DNA from: Acidobacteriota bacterium
GTDB taxonomy: Bacteria; Acidobacteriota; Vicinamibacteria; Vicinamibacterales; CAVVIG01
NCBI GenBank assembly: GCA_017883165.1
Contig: JADGOC010000001.1
Coordinates: 3,252 to 67,251 of the forward strand
Direction: 5' to 3'
DNA length: 64,000 nt
The notes below the pieces were generated by a model. That model did not search any database and was not told where the DNA came from. It saw nothing but the letters and a program-made list of their open reading frames with translations. Positions within the stretch are counted from its first letter, which is position 1; every line of letters starts with the position of its first letter. Positions 28,089-41,778 of this stretch are shown here, in pieces. Both the position numbers and the translations under genes were made by a program.

Positions 28089-30200
28089 CGGCGCCGGCTT
28101 CGGCGTGAGCTTGATCGCTCCCGCCTGCTCGCGTGCGCGCAAGACCGCCATCACGTCGGCGAGCGGCACCGGCTCGAACTCCCCAGACAAGAAATCGCGA
28201 ATCTCGAGCGCCGTCTTGTGTTGCCCGAGCAGAATCGTGAACTCCGCCGTCATATGCTGCGGGAGCGCCGGTCCACCCTGGCCACGCCCGCCGCCCGGCC
28301 CACCGCGGCCGCCGCCCGGCGCCTGGTTGCAGCCGGAGAAACTGCTGCCGTTCACGCACTCGACGATGAGGTTCGATGCGTCTTTCTCTTCGGGCGTCAT
28401 GGCCGGCTCGGTCGCCGGCACTTTGAACTGCGCGGCCTTCAGGCCGTACACCGCTCTCGCTTCCTCGGAAAGCGCCGCCGCGCGCTTGTCGATCAACGCG
28501 TCAAGGGGCGCAAGCGTCTTCACCGCCTCGTCGGGATGCGCGAACAGCACCGCGGACGATTTGACGACGCCCTTCTCGACGATGGCCTGGTGCTGGAGAG
28601 CAACCTTGGCTTCCTTGTAGGCCGCCGCGAGCGACGCGCCATCCGCGGCGTCCGCGAGATACGCGACGCCTTTGCGCTCTGAATCGCCCATGCGCTCAGT
28701 GCCGCGGCCGAGGTTCTCCGCCGCCACCCGCGCGCCGTCGGCGTCCTCAGCGGTGGCCATGACCGTCAGCGAGCCGACGCCGACAACCGCCGCGCGCCTG
28801 TACTGCGTGGCGTCTTCCTTGTCGGGCGTGTCGCCCGACGAGTGGTACCACATGTCGGGCCAGGTGATGAACATCACGGCCGGGATGCCGTGCTGCATGT
28901 ACGTCACGTGATCGCTGGCGCCGTAGTGCTTGTCGATCTTGATGTAGAAGGCGTCGTTGCTGCCGTTGGGCGACGTGATGTCGACGCTGGGCGCGTAGCC
29001 GTTCGCGCGGTAGCGGACGCGCTCGCGCGCGAGCTCCGACACGTACTCCATCATGCTCTGGCCGATGTCGTTGATGTAGGACGGGAAGGTGTCCGGCGTG
29101 CGCTGCATGATCCAGTAGCTCCGGCTCGCCGTCAGCCGGATGCCTTCCATGTCGAAGTTCAGGTCGCCGATGATGTTCTTCTGCTTGTCGGGGTGCGCGG
29201 CGAGCCACGCGTTGGTGCCGCTGATCTCGGGCACCCACTGAAAGTTGATCGTGCGGCGCGGCTTCGGGAGCTTCCCTTCTTTCACGAGCTTCAGGTACGC
29301 GCGCCCGATCTCGAGCGTCAGCGCGCAGCCGGAGTTGTCGTCGTTGGCGCCCTGCTTGATGTACGCCTCGTACAAATGTCCGCCGATCGCCACCTCCTGC
29401 GTCGTACTGCCGTCGCCGGGGATTTCCGCGTGGACGACTTCCAGCTTGCCGGGCAGCATCTCAGACTTGACGATGGATCGAATCGTGATCTTCTGCCCGC
29501 GCGACAACATCAGCGCGAGCCCGCGCCCCACTTTGGGCGACACCGCCCAGCCGAAAGTCGGCGACGTCGCGCCGGCCGGAGCCTGGAAGCGGGTTTCCGG
29601 AATCTCGTCCGGATAGTCGTTCACACGCAGCGAGCTGTAGCTGATGATGCCGATCGCGCCGCGCGTCGCCGCCGCGGTGAAGGCGCCGCCGCCGCTCGAG
29701 CTGAGGAGCACCTTGCCCGCGAGGTCCCGGCCTTCGAGATCCTGCGCGCGGCCCGCGCCGACGTCCACGAGCTCGCCCGTCACGTCGCCGGCCGGCGTGC
29801 CTTCGCCGAGCGCGAGCGCGACGTCGTGGATGTCGTACAGCTTGCGGCTGACCGGGGTCGTCATCCACAGCTCGCCGACGCTCGGCTGCCATGATTGACC
29901 GCTCGGGAACGTCTCGATCGCCACGTTGCTGAAGCCGTAGTCCTTCGCGAAGCCCGCCATCACATCGCTTTCGCGGAAGTGTCCCTGATACTCCGACGCG
30001 GGCCGCACGCGCTGATACGGCACGAGCTCCTCGACGTGGTGCATCGCGCGCTCGCCCGACGCCTCGTTGATGATCGCCATCATCTGCGCGGTCGAGAGCA
30101 GGGTGCGATCTTCCTTTTCCTGCGCAGTCGGGCGGCAGACCATCGCGACCGCAACGATCGACGCGCACCACACGCTGGCTTTGAATGTTCTGGTCATCAT
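28065..30200 (-). CDS. Secreted M28-family peptidase with a PA domain and a long C-terminal extension (Gly/Arg-rich linker)
   Basis: The product has a signal peptide and the motif GGHLYEAYIKQGANDDNSGCA. Its C-terminus contains APGGGRGGPGGGRGQGGPA. The gene converges on and overlaps the MFS gene by 24 nt. Confidence 0.8.
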   Translation of the reverse strand: MMTRTFKASVWCASIVAVAMVCRPTAQEKEDRTLLSTAQMMAIINEASGERAMHHVEELVPYQRVRPASEYQGHFRESDVMAGFAKDYGFSNVAIETFPSGQSWQPSVGELWMTTPVSRKLYDIHDVALALGEGTPAGDVTGELVDVGAGRAQDLEGRDLAGKVLLSSSGGGAFTAAATRGAIGIISYSSLRVNDYPDEIPETRFQAPAGATSPTFGWAVSPKVGRGLALMLSRGQKITIRSIVKSEMLPGKLEVVHAEIPGDGSTTQEVAIGGHLYEAYIKQGANDDNSGCALTLEIGRAYLKLVKEGKLPKPRRTINFQWVPEISGTNAWLAAHPDKQKNIIGDLNFDMEGIRLTASRSYWIMQRTPDTFPSYINDIGQSMMEYVSELARERVRYRANGYAPSVDITSPNGSNDAFYIKIDKHYGASDHVTYMQHGIPAVMFITWPDMWYHSSGDTPDKEDATQYRRAAVVGVGSLTVMATAEDADGARVAAENLGRGTERMGDSERKGVAYLADAADGASLAAAYKEAKVALQHQAIVEKGVVKSSAVLFAHPDEAVKTLAPLDALIDKRAAALSEEARAVYGLKAAQFKVPATEPAMTPEEKDASNLIVECVNGSSFSGCNQAPGGGRGGPGGGRGQGGPALPQHMTAEFTILLGQHKTALEIRDFLSGEFEPVPLADVMAVLRAREQAGAIKLTPKPAPSAPVKKR

Positions 30201-30232
30201 TTTCTTATCTCTCGCGGGGCGCTTTCTTCACG

Positions 30233-30256
30233 CGCGTGGGGGACCACCCCCACGCG
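30233..30256. other. GC-rich hairpin (CGCGTGGGGG-acca-CCCCCACGCG) between two M28 genes
   Basis: A 10-bp perfect stem with a 4-nt loop, read directly. There is no T-tract on either strand, so it is not a canonical terminator. Confidence 0.4.
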
Positions 30257-30337
30257 TTCTGGCTCAAGGCTGTCCCCGCTCGCAGCCGTCGCTGACGCTC
30301 CGCATCTTGGTTCGGCGACGATCGGCCCAGTGCGGCA

Positions 30338-31837
30338 TTACCGTCCTGCCCGTCCTGCCTGTCCTGGGCTTCCAGCCCCTCCAGCCCTCGGGATCTTTTG
30401 ATCCGCCATCGCGGCGTTATATGCGAACCACGCCATCACGATCGCCGACTGCTTGATGTCGTCCTGCTTGAGCCGCTCGGCCGTGTCGACGTTCGTGTGA
30501 TGCATGCGGACATCATAGCCTTCGTAGCTCTGAATCGGATTGAAGCCGGGCACGCCTGCGGCAATGAAGCTGAGATGATCGGTGGCGCCGATGCCGTCGA
30601 TCACGTTGCGGCGGGCGCCGATCGCCTTCAGCGGATCGAGCCACGCGTCGAAGATTGGACGGACCGCTTCGCTGCGCTCGAGAAACCACCCGTAGATCGG
30701 GCCGTAGCCGGGATCGATGTTGAAGTAGACGTCGAACGTGTCGCGCTCGGCGGCGTGAGCGTCGCCGGCGAGATGCTGGTCGACCCACGCCTTCGACCCG
30801 AGCAGTCCTTCCTCTTCCCCGCCCCACAGCGCGACCCGAATCGTCCGCCGTGGCCTGGCGCCGATCGCTTTGAGAATCCGCATTGCTTCGATCACGGTCG
30901 TCGCGCCGTCCGCGTTGTCGGTGGCGCCGACGCTGGTATGCCATGAGTCGAGGTGCCCTCCGATCATCACGACTTCATCCTTGAGCGCCGGATCGGTGCC
31001 GGGCAGTTCGGCCAGGACGTTGTAGGCATGGCCGTCGCCCTCGTAGAACTTTCCCTGCACGTTGACGCGCAGCTCCACCGGCACGTGCCGTTCGAGCATG
31101 CGGGCGATCATGTTGTAGTGCTCCGCGCTCAGGACGACCGACGGGGCGGCGCCCGGCCCGTTGTCGCGGCCGGTCACAAACACGGTGCCGTGCTCGCCGA
31201 TGCTCGGCCGCAGCAGCACGCCGATGCCGGCCTCGCGCGTGACGCGTGCGATGCGCTGCGTATCCGGATTGCCGCCCCGCCCTCCGCTCCGCCCAGCCGG
31301 CGGCGGCGGCGATTGGTAGTCGGGCGCGCTCGGATCCGCGCGATCCCGGCGCACGAAGTTGGTCAGGATCGGCTGCGACATCACGATCGCGCCTTTCAGA
31401 GAATCGCGCATCGCCTCGACCTCGTCCGCGGTCTTGCCGGCGAGCCATACCGGCGCGGCGACGATCTCGCCGGCGGTCGACGGCGACCAGCCCTCGGCGT
31501 AGCCAATGAGCGGCAGGTAACGCGGCTCGACCATCTCGAGCGTGAGCTTCTCGAGCGTCCAGCTCCGCGCGAACGGCCACGGCTCGAGGCGCGCGTTGGT
31601 CAGGCCGTCCGCCGCCAATCGATCCCGCGCGAAATCGGCGGCGCGTTTGTGCGCGGGCGACCCGGTCAGGCGCGGGCCGATGTCGACGGTGAACATGTCG
31701 AACACTGGGCCGACCTGCGAGCGCTCGGTCCCTTCGGCGCGCATCTTCGCGAGCACGTCCCGATCGGCGGTCGACTGGGCGTGGACGAGCACGCCGATCG
31801 CCGCGCAGCCGGCGATGAGAAGCGATGGCTTGTACAT
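30338..31837 (-). CDS. Secreted M28-family aminopeptidase
   Basis: The product has a signal peptide and the motifs GGHLDSWHTSVGATDNADG and WGGEEEGLLGS. The last 9 codons lie in a 9-bp tandem repeat. Confidence 0.85.
   Translation of the reverse strand: MYKPSLLIAGCAAIGVLVHAQSTADRDVLAKMRAEGTERSQVGPVFDMFTVDIGPRLTGSPAHKRAADFARDRLAADGLTNARLEPWPFARSWTLEKLTLEMVEPRYLPLIGYAEGWSPSTAGEIVAAPVWLAGKTADEVEAMRDSLKGAIVMSQPILTNFVRRDRADPSAPDYQSPPPPAGRSGGRGGNPDTQRIARVTREAGIGVLLRPSIGEHGTVFVTGRDNGPGAAPSVVLSAEHYNMIARMLERHVPVELRVNVQGKFYEGDGHAYNVLAELPGTDPALKDEVVMIGGHLDSWHTSVGATDNADGATTVIEAMRILKAIGARPRRTIRVALWGGEEEGLLGSKAWVDQHLAGDAHAAERDTFDVYFNIDPGYGPIYGWFLERSEAVRPIFDAWLDPLKAIGARRNVIDGIGATDHLSFIAAGVPGFNPIQSYEGYDVRMHHTNVDTAERLKQDDIKQSAIVMAWFAYNAAMADQKIPRAGGAGSPGQAGRAGR
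30342..30368. repeat. Three tandem 9-mers (CGTCCTGCC CGTCCTGCC TGTCCTGGG) at the 3' end of the M28 gene
   Basis: Read directly. The repeat encodes the C-terminal ...PGQAGRAGR. Confidence 0.85.
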
Positions 31838-31884
31838 GGCGCGCTGAGGATATCAGAAGTAGTGTCCGCCTTTAGGCGGACCGT

Positions 31885-35001
<3,117 letters not shown>

Positions 35002-35026
35002 GGCGTTCTATCCCGCGCGCGGCGCG

Positions 35027-36259
35027 CTACTTCACTCGACCGCTGACGGCCACCTTCATGCCGTCGGCCAGCTTGTCCACGTCGGTCATCGCGACGGACT
35101 CTCCGGCCTTCACGCCGCTCACAGCTTCGGTGCGATCGCCCAGCCGGTCGCCGATCTTCAGCTCACGAACCGCCAGCCGGTCGCCTTCGACGACGAACAC
35201 GCGGTTGACGCCGTATCGATACTGGATGGCGGCGTACGGCAGCGTCATCACCTGATCGATCTTGCCGCTCTCGATGTGCACGCGAGCGAAGGTGCCAGGC
35301 TTGAGAAGGCCGTCGCGGTTCGGGACCAGCGCCTCGAACGGAAACGCGCGCGTCGCCGGACTCACGGCGGGGCTGATGCGCGAGACCTTGCCGAGAAATG
35401 TTTTGTCGGGATACGCATCGACGTGCAGAGCGACCTGCGCGCCGACCGTGATCCACGGCGCCATCTTTTCCGGAATCTCGGCGATGACTTTCAGCGGATC
35501 GACGCGGACGATGCTCATCACCGCCGCCGGCGTCGCCGTCGTCCCCTTCACGTACTGACCGAGGTTGACGAAGCGCTGCTGCACGTACCCGTCGAACGGT
35601 GCGCGGATGTACGTGTCGCGCAGCTGGCGATCCGCCAGCCGCATGTTGGCCTGGGAGGCGTCGATCGCGGCGCGGAGATTCTTCGCGTTCTGCAGCGCGG
35701 AGTCGTAGCCCGCCTGCTTGGAGTGCAGCATCGCCTCGGCGTCGTCGAGCGTCTGCTTCGGCACGAGCTGCCGTTTGTTGAGCTCGTCGGCGCGGACGTA
35801 GGACTGCTGGGCCTGCGCAAGCTGCGCCGCCGCGTTCTCCACGTCGGGCGTGTGCTCGATCGCCGGCAGCCGATCCGGCGCGCTGGCGCCGTATTTCGCC
35901 AGCGTGCTGTCGAGCGTCGCCTTCTGCAGATCGAAGTTGTACTGGGGCTTCTCGCGGTCGAGCTCGACGAGCACCTGTCCGGCGTGGACGCGGTCCCCGA
36001 GATCCGCGAGCACCCCGCGGACGACGCCGTCGGCTTCCGCTGAAATGACGGCCTCGTCCTGCGCCGCCAGCGTGGCGACGACTTCGACGGAACGACGGAC
36101 GCTGTCCTCCCGGACGGTCTCGGTCTTGACCGGTTTCGCGGCATCCTCGCGCCCGCGCGCCTGCGCAGTCTCTGTCTTGGAGCAGCCCGCGAGTGTCAGC
36201 GAGACGACGGCTGCCATGGCGACAACTCGGCCGGAACACATCGGAACGTTTCGAAACAT
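35027..36259 (-). CDS. RND efflux periplasmic adaptor lipoprotein, second copy
   Basis: The N-terminus contains VVSLTLAGCSK, a lipobox. The body has HlyD-like motifs. No outer-membrane factor gene is adjacent. Confidence 0.9.
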   Translation of the reverse strand: MFRNVPMCSGRVVAMAAVVSLTLAGCSKTETAQARGREDAAKPVKTETVREDSVRRSVEVVATLAAQDEAVISAEADGVVRGVLADLGDRVHAGQVLVELDREKPQYNFDLQKATLDSTLAKYGASAPDRLPAIEHTPDVENAAAQLAQAQQSYVRADELNKRQLVPKQTLDDAEAMLHSKQAGYDSALQNAKNLRAAIDASQANMRLADRQLRDTYIRAPFDGYVQQRFVNLGQYVKGTTATPAAVMSIVRVDPLKVIAEIPEKMAPWITVGAQVALHVDAYPDKTFLGKVSRISPAVSPATRAFPFEALVPNRDGLLKPGTFARVHIESGKIDQVMTLPYAAIQYRYGVNRVFVVEGDRLAVRELKIGDRLGDRTEAVSGVKAGESVAMTDVDKLADGMKVAVSGRVK

Positions 36260-36356
36260 AACCAGAATGAATCAGGCGGTAAAACGGTTCCGCAGAGTAT
36301 ACGATGCCGCGCGGCGGCTGCGGCACGCCTCCTTGTAAAGGATTGTCTTTCGCCTG

Positions 36357-38690
36357 CTACAAGCGAAGCCGATGGAGCCGCAAGGCGTTGGCGATGACCG
36401 AGAGTGAGCTCAAGGTCATCGCGGCGCTCGCCCAGATCGGGCTGATGAGGAGGCCGACGAACGGGTACAGTGCACCGGCGGCAATCGGGACGCCGACCGT
36501 GTTGTAGACGAACGCCAGAAACAGGTTCTGGCGGATGTTCCGCAGCGTCGCGCGGCTGAGCCGACGCGCGCGGACGATCGCGCGGAGATCGCCTTTGACG
36601 AGCGTGATGCCGGCACTCTCGATCGCGACATCGGTGCCGGTCCCCATCGCGATGCCGACCGTCGCCTGCGCGAGCGCCGGCGCGTCGTTGATGCCGTCAC
36701 CCGCCATCGCCACGAGATGCCCCGCGCGCTGCAGCTCCTCGACGACGGCGCGCTTGCCGGCCGGCAGCACCTCGGCGCGCACATCGTCGATGCCGAGGCG
36801 CGAGGCGATCGCGGCGGCGGTGATCCGGCTGTCGCCCGTCAGCATCACCAAGCGCAGGCCGTCTTCTTTCAGCAGCCGCACGGCCTCGGCGGTCGACGGC
36901 CGGATCGGATCCGCCACGGCGATCACGCCCGCGATGCGATCGTCGATCGCCACGAAGAGGACGGTCTGGCCGTCCTGCCGCAGCGCGTCGGCGCGCGCGG
37001 CGAGCGCGCCCGGATCGACCTGACGCGACTCGAGCAGCTCCAGCGTCCCGAGATCCACGCGGCGTCCTTCGACGCGCGCGCTCACGCCTCGTCCGGTGGT
37101 CGTCGCGAAGTCTGTCGCCGGTGGAATCGCGATCCCCCGGGTGCCGGCCGCCTTGAGGATGGCCGACGCCAGCGGATGCTCGCTTCCCCGCTCGACCGCC
37201 GCGGCAAGGCGCAGCAGCTCCTGGTCATTCATGCCAGGCATGCCAGGCAGGCCCGGCGCCACCTCGATCGCGGCGACCTCCGGGCGGCCCTCGGTGAGCG
37301 TGCCGGTCTTGTCGATCACGAGCGTGTCGACGCGGCCCAGCAGCTCGAGCGCCTCCGCGTTCTTGACGAGCACGCCCGCTCGGGCGCCCTGCCCCGTGCC
37401 GACCATGATCGCCATCGGCGTCGCGAGGCCGAGCGCGCACGGGCACGCGATGATGAGGACGGCGACCGCGTTGACGAGCGCGTGCGCCAGGCGCGGGTCC
37501 GGGCCCCACACGCTCCAGGCGACGAAGGAGAGCGCGGCGGACGCCACGACCGCCGGCACGAAGTACGACGCGATGCGATCGGCGAGCCGCTGAATCGGCG
37601 CCCGGGTGCGCTGCGCATCGCTGACCATCCGCACGATTTGCGCCAGGAGCGTCTCGCTGCCGACGCGCTCGGCGCGCATGGTGAAGGTGCCGGTCGACAC
37701 CATCGTCGCGCCGATCACGCGGTCGCCCGCGCGCTTCTCGACCGGGATCGATTCTCCGGTGACCATTCCCTCGTCCAGCGCCGCGCCGCCGTCGATCACC
37801 ACGCCGTCGACCGGTACTTTCTCGCCGGGCCGCACGCGCAGCACGTCGCCGACCTGCACCGACTCGAGCGGGACATCGTCTTCCCGCTCGCCCCGGACGA
37901 TGCGTGCGGTCTTGGGAGCCAGCCCGAGCAGATGCCGGATCGCCGCGCCGGTGCGATGACGCGCGCGCAGTTCCAGCACCTGTCCGAGCAGCACGAGCAC
38001 GATGATGACAACAGTCGTGTCGAAGTAGGTGTCAACGCCGGCGCCCATGCGAAAGCCGGCTGGAAAGACCCCGGGCGCGATCGTCGCCACCGCGCTGTAC
38101 GCATACGCGGCGCCGACACCCATGCCGATGAGCGTGAACATGTTCGGGCTGGCGTTCACGAACGACGCCCACATGCGCTCGAAAAACGGCTTGCCGCACC
38201 AGAACACCGTCGGCGTCGCCAGCGCAAGCTCGATCCAATTCACGCGCGACCCGCCGATCGCGCGCGTCGCCGCGCCCCGCGTGATCATGTCGCCCATCGT
38301 GAGCACGAAGATCGGCAGCGCGAACGCGACGCCAACCCAGAATCGGCGCGTCATGTCCACCAGCTCCGGGTTCGGCTGATCGGCAGCTTCCGCCGAAGGA
38401 GGGAGGATCGGTTCGAGCGCCATGCCGCAAATCGGACAAGGTCCGGGCCGGTCGCGGACGATCTCCGGGTGCATCGGGCAGGTGTAGCTCGTGGCTGGGG
38501 GCTGGGGGCTGGCTGGGGGCTCGGGTCGGGCTGCCAGGAAGCGCGCGGGATCGGCGGAGAACTTGGCGACGCACCCCTTCGAGCAGAAGTAGTACGTCGT
38601 CCCCTCGTGCTCGACGTGTCCCGCGGCGCGCGCGGGATCGACCGTCATCTCGCAGACCGGATCGATCGCTGAGTTACTTGCGCTGGCCAT
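36357..38690 (-). CDS. copA: Copper-translocating P1B-type ATPase with N-terminal TRASH/YHS-like and CPxx...CPxCGM metal-binding modules
   Basis: P1B-ATPase motifs are CPC ([13 protein letters not shown]), DKTGTLT and GDGINDAP. N-terminal metal-binding modules are DPVCEMTV...[12 protein letters not shown] and CPMHPEI...[10 protein letters not shown]. Confidence 0.9.
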   Translation of the reverse strand: MASASNSAIDPVCEMTVDPARAAGHVEHEGTTYYFCSKGCVAKFSADPARFLAARPEPPASPQPPATSYTCPMHPEIVRDRPGPCPICGMALEPILPPSAEAADQPNPELVDMTRRFWVGVAFALPIFVLTMGDMITRGAATRAIGGSRVNWIELALATPTVFWCGKPFFERMWASFVNASPNMFTLIGMGVGAAYAYSAVATIAPGVFPAGFRMGAGVDTYFDTTVVIIVLVLLGQVLELRARHRTGAAIRHLLGLAPKTARIVRGEREDDVPLESVQVGDVLRVRPGEKVPVDGVVIDGGAALDEGMVTGESIPVEKRAGDRVIGATMVSTGTFTMRAERVGSETLLAQIVRMVSDAQRTRAPIQRLADRIASYFVPAVVASAALSFVAWSVWGPDPRLAHALVNAVAVLIIACPCALGLATPMAIMVGTGQGARAGVLVKNAEALELLGRVDTLVIDKTGTLTEGRPEVAAIEVAPGLPGMPGMNDQELLRLAAAVERGSEHPLASAILKAAGTRGIAIPPATDFATTTGRGVSARVEGRRVDLGTLELLESRQVDPGALAARADALRQDGQTVLFVAIDDRIAGVIAVADPIRPSTAEAVRLLKEDGLRLVMLTGDSRITAAAIASRLGIDDVRAEVLPAGKRAVVEELQRAGHLVAMAGDGINDAPALAQATVGIAMGTGTDVAIESAGITLVKGDLRAIVRARRLSRATLRNIRQNLFLAFVYNTVGVPIAAGALYPFVGLLISPIWASAAMTLSSLSVIANALRLHRLRL
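38488..38533. repeat. G-rich GGCTGGG-type tandem repeat inside the copA N-terminal linker
   Basis: The sequence is CTCGTGGCTGGGGGCTGGGGGCTGGCTGGGGGCTCGGGTCGGGCTG. Its first 25 nt match 3844-3868 at 23/25 by hand alignment. It encodes [13 protein letters not shown]. Confidence 0.8.
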
Positions 38691-40383
38691 TCGCTTCCGC
38701 CACGAGCCGATCCGCCGTCGTAAAGCGCGGCTCGATGTCGACCGGCACCGCCGCCATCTTGTCGAGCGCGCTCTTCACCACCGGCCGCACGACGCCCAGG
38801 CGCTCGCCGAGTGCCTTGGCCTTCGCGTAGCTGCCCTCGGCCTCGATCGTCATGATCTCGCGTGTCAGACCGGCGACGCCGTCTTTGATTTTTTCCGGGT
38901 TTACCGCGAACGTGCCGTCGGCCCGCGCGATAAAGCCGCCCTGATCGATCAGATAGTTGAGCTGTACGGCGATGCCCTTGCCGTGCGCCTCGTTGACGCC
39001 GAAGCGGATCGCTCGGAACGTCGAGGCGAGATACGTGGTGTACAGCCCCTGCTCGAGCGACGTGGGCAGCACGCCCTTGTCGATCATGTGTTGAATCGCG
39101 AAGAGCCCCGAAATGTCGGCTTTGGCTTCCTCGATGAAGCTGTAGGTGTCTTTCAGTTCCTGCCGCACGGTCGTCTTGCGCCCGCCCACCGTGATGCCGT
39201 GCGGGCCGAGGCCGTGCATCAGCTCGTGCACGACCGTGTGCGTGAAGAAGGCATCGAACGACAGCGCGCGCTGGTCGGCCGGCGCCAGGACAATCTTTGA
39301 AATCGGCGTCAGCGTCTTCGCGAATTTCGCGTCCTGCACGTTCTTCAGCATGACGCGTTTGGATCCCTTCTCGCGGATGACGCGCTCGTCGTTCGGCAGG
39401 TTGAACGCCGCCGTCTGCACGCCGCGGTTGCCGTCTCCGGCGGCGAAGATCTCGTTGACGACAACGATCGGCGCCAGGGCGCCGATCTTCGGGTTGCGGT
39501 ACTTCGGATCGATCGGCAGATTGTTCTCGATATCCTGGAGCTGACCGCCGAACTTCTGCAGCTTCGCGGTTTCGGTTTCATCCTGGACCGTGACGTACGA
39601 CTCGAACGCCGCTTTGTAGTTGAAGATCTCGTCCTCGTAGACCTCGTACGGGCCGATCGTCGGCTCGATGGCGCCCGTCAGCTCCATCCAGGCGACGTCG
39701 CTGTCGTAGTAATCGTTCGAGAGGAACGCGGCGGCGCGCTTGGTCAGAAACGCCTTGAGCGTCGGCTCGGTCGTGAGCCCGGCGGCGTCGCGCAGCAGTG
39801 CTGCGGCTCGTGTGAGCTCGCCCTGATACGCGACGTTGTAGGGCACGAGGGTCAGACCACCGTTCGCGCCGCGATGGATCACGGTGAAGAAGCCGGTGGC
39901 GCGGGTGCGATCAGCTTCGGGCAGCGACGCCATCCACTTCTCGATCTCGGCCTTCGACGCGTCGGCGGGATAGAAGTTCGCTCCTTGCGGTTTCGGCGGC
40001 GCGCCGGGGACGAACGGCTCGTTGTGATCGAGCCGCGACCACGGACCTTTGTTTATCAGGAAATAGTGCAGCCGCGCACGGCCCTCCGGCGTCTGGTCCT
40101 TCACGAGGTCGGCGTGCATCGCGTCGTTGCCGGCCCACACCTGACGCAGAAACAGCGCGTCGACGATCTTCGACGCTTCCACCAGCTTGGCGAGCACCTG
40201 GCGGTTCGCGGGAGAGAGCGTCGACACGTCGGCGCCGATGTCGGTCGGCGCGAAGCGCGCCGCCATCTTCTGCAGGTTCGCGGTCTGGGGCACGGGCGAC
40301 TCCTCAAAGGCGACGAGCGGAACCGCGATCAACGCCGCGAGCGCCGCCATCGTCAATTTCGATATCATGCGCCTAGTGTACAA
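38674..40383 (-). CDS. Secreted DPP III-like (M49) zinc metallopeptidase, pentapeptide HExxH subgroup
   Basis: The product has a signal-like N-terminus. [12 protein letters not shown] (HELMH) plus [10 protein letters not shown] (EExxAD) fits the M49 variant that has HExxH instead of HExxGH. Its stop overlaps the copA start by 17 nt. Confidence 0.6.
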   Translation of the reverse strand: MYTRRMISKLTMAALAALIAVPLVAFEESPVPQTANLQKMAARFAPTDIGADVSTLSPANRQVLAKLVEASKIVDALFLRQVWAGNDAMHADLVKDQTPEGRARLHYFLINKGPWSRLDHNEPFVPGAPPKPQGANFYPADASKAEIEKWMASLPEADRTRATGFFTVIHRGANGGLTLVPYNVAYQGELTRAAALLRDAAGLTTEPTLKAFLTKRAAAFLSNDYYDSDVAWMELTGAIEPTIGPYEVYEDEIFNYKAAFESYVTVQDETETAKLQKFGGQLQDIENNLPIDPKYRNPKIGALAPIVVVNEIFAAGDGNRGVQTAAFNLPNDERVIREKGSKRVMLKNVQDAKFAKTLTPISKIVLAPADQRALSFDAFFTHTVVHELMHGLGPHGITVGGRKTTVRQELKDTYSFIEEAKADISGLFAIQHMIDKGVLPTSLEQGLYTTYLASTFRAIRFGVNEAHGKGIAVQLNYLIDQGGFIARADGTFAVNPEKIKDGVAGLTREIMTIEAEGSYAKAKALGERLGVVRPVVKSALDKMAAVPVDIEPRFTTADRLVAEANGQRK

Positions 40384-40396
40384 CTGGAGGCGGACC

Positions 40397-41497
40397 GTGA
40401 AACGGATTGCAACGGCTGTGGCGCTCGCGCTCGTCTTCTTTCACACGACCGGGCACGGCGCCGCGACGCTGCCGCTGGAGAAGATCAAGCTTCCAACGGG
40501 CTTCGCCATCTCGGTCTATACCGACAACGTCCCCAACGCGCGCTCGATGACGCTCGCGCCCGACGGCACCGTGTTCGTCGGCACCATGGACAAGGGCAGC
40601 GTCTACGCGATCGTCAACAGGCAGGCAGTGACGGTGGCGAGCGGCCTCAACGTGCCCAACGGCGTCGCGTTTCGCGACGGCTCGCTTTACGTCGCTGAAA
40701 ACAGCCGCGTGCTGCGGTACGACAAGGTGCTCGACTGGCTCAAGCAGCCGGCCGCGCAGCGTCCGCCGCTGACGCCCGCCGTCGTCAACGACAAGTTTCC
40801 GCCAGACCGACATCACGGGTGGAAGTACCTCGCGTTCGGCCCCGACGGGCTGCTCTATCTGCAGGTCGGCGCGCCGTGCAATGTCTGCGAGCGGCCCGAC
40901 CCGTACGCGAGCATCATGCGGATGAAACCTGACGGTAGCGCGCTCGAGATCTTCGCGCGCGGCGTGCGCAACAGCGTCGGGTTCGCCTGGCACCCAGATA
41001 CGAAGGAGATGTGGTTCACCGACAACGGACGCGACAATTTGGGAGATGACGTGCCGCCCGACGAGTTGAATCACGCGCCAAAGGCGGGTCTCCACTTCGG
41101 TTTCCCGTACTGCCACGGCGGCACGATTCCCGATCCGGATCTCGGCAGCGGCCATCCGTGTTCCAACTACACGCCGCCCGCGCAGACGCTCGGGCCGCAC
41201 GTCGCCTCGCTCGGATTGAAGTTCTACACCGGCTCGATGTTTCCGGCCGAGTACCGCAAGCAGGTTTTCATCGCCGAGCACGGCTCGTGGAACCGCTCGA
41301 CGCCGATCGGCTACCGCATCTCGGTGGTCCACCTGCAGGGTGATCGCGCGGTGAAGTACGAGACGTTCGCCGAAGGCTGGCTGCAAGGCGGCCGCGCGTG
41401 GGGGCGGCCGGTGGACGTGCTGATGCTGCCGGACGGTTCGCTGCTCGTCTCGGACGATCAGGCGGGTGTGGTGTACCGCATCACATACAGGGGCTAG
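40397..41497 (+). CDS. PQQ-dependent sugar (glucose/sorbosone) dehydrogenase family beta-propeller
   Basis: The GTG at 40397 has a GGAGG 7 nt upstream, and the product has a signal peptide. Supporting motifs are ...RNSVGFAWHPDTKEMWFTDNGRDNLGDDVPPDELN and ...FGFPYCHG. Confidence 0.8.
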   Translation: MKRIATAVALALVFFHTTGHGAATLPLEKIKLPTGFAISVYTDNVPNARSMTLAPDGTVFVGTMDKGSVYAIVNRQAVTVASGLNVPNGVAFRDGSLYVAENSRVLRYDKVLDWLKQPAAQRPPLTPAVVNDKFPPDRHHGWKYLAFGPDGLLYLQVGAPCNVCERPDPYASIMRMKPDGSALEIFARGVRNSVGFAWHPDTKEMWFTDNGRDNLGDDVPPDELNHAPKAGLHFGFPYCHGGTIPDPDLGSGHPCSNYTPPAQTLGPHVASLGLKFYTGSMFPAEYRKQVFIAEHGSWNRSTPIGYRISVVHLQGDRAVKYETFAEGWLQGGRAWGRPVDVLMLPDGSLLVSDDQAGVVYRITYRG

Positions 41498-41769
41498 GGC
41501 GCGTGCGCCGAACTATTCGGGTGTTCGCTCGCCTGATTCCGCTTGGCCGCATGGGCATCCGGCAGCGGCGGCCGCGCCTTCGCGTCCCGGCGCTCCCGGT
41601 CGCGAACGAACGCCTTGATGATCTTCAGAGCGGCGCGCGCCTCGCGCTCGGTGCGCCGGCCCTTGAAATAGGCGGCCAGCTCCTTGGTGGCGCGAAGGAC
41701 TTCCTGATCGCGCATCTGCTGGTTGGCGGCGCTCTCACGGGTGACGGAGGGTGTGTGTCGCTGGCCCAT
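41494..41769 (-). CDS. Small basic hypothetical protein (91 aa)
   Basis: The ORF has a helical-looking core (EVLRATKELAAYFKGRRTEREARAALKIIKAFVRDRERRD) and sits 9 nt after the yqgE stop. I recognise no family. Confidence 0.4.
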   Translation of the reverse strand: MGQRHTPSVTRESAANQQMRDQEVLRATKELAAYFKGRRTEREARAALKIIKAFVRDRERRDAKARPPLPDAHAAKRNQASEHPNSSAHAP

Positions 41770-41778
41770 GGCTTTTTC

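Noticed and set aside
14400-31837. Three M28 peptidase genes (14400, 28065, 30338) considered as a possible coordinated system.
   Set aside because: They are dispersed among unrelated genes, differ in architecture, and are a common multi-copy family in soil heterotrophs. I noted them as lifestyle content only.
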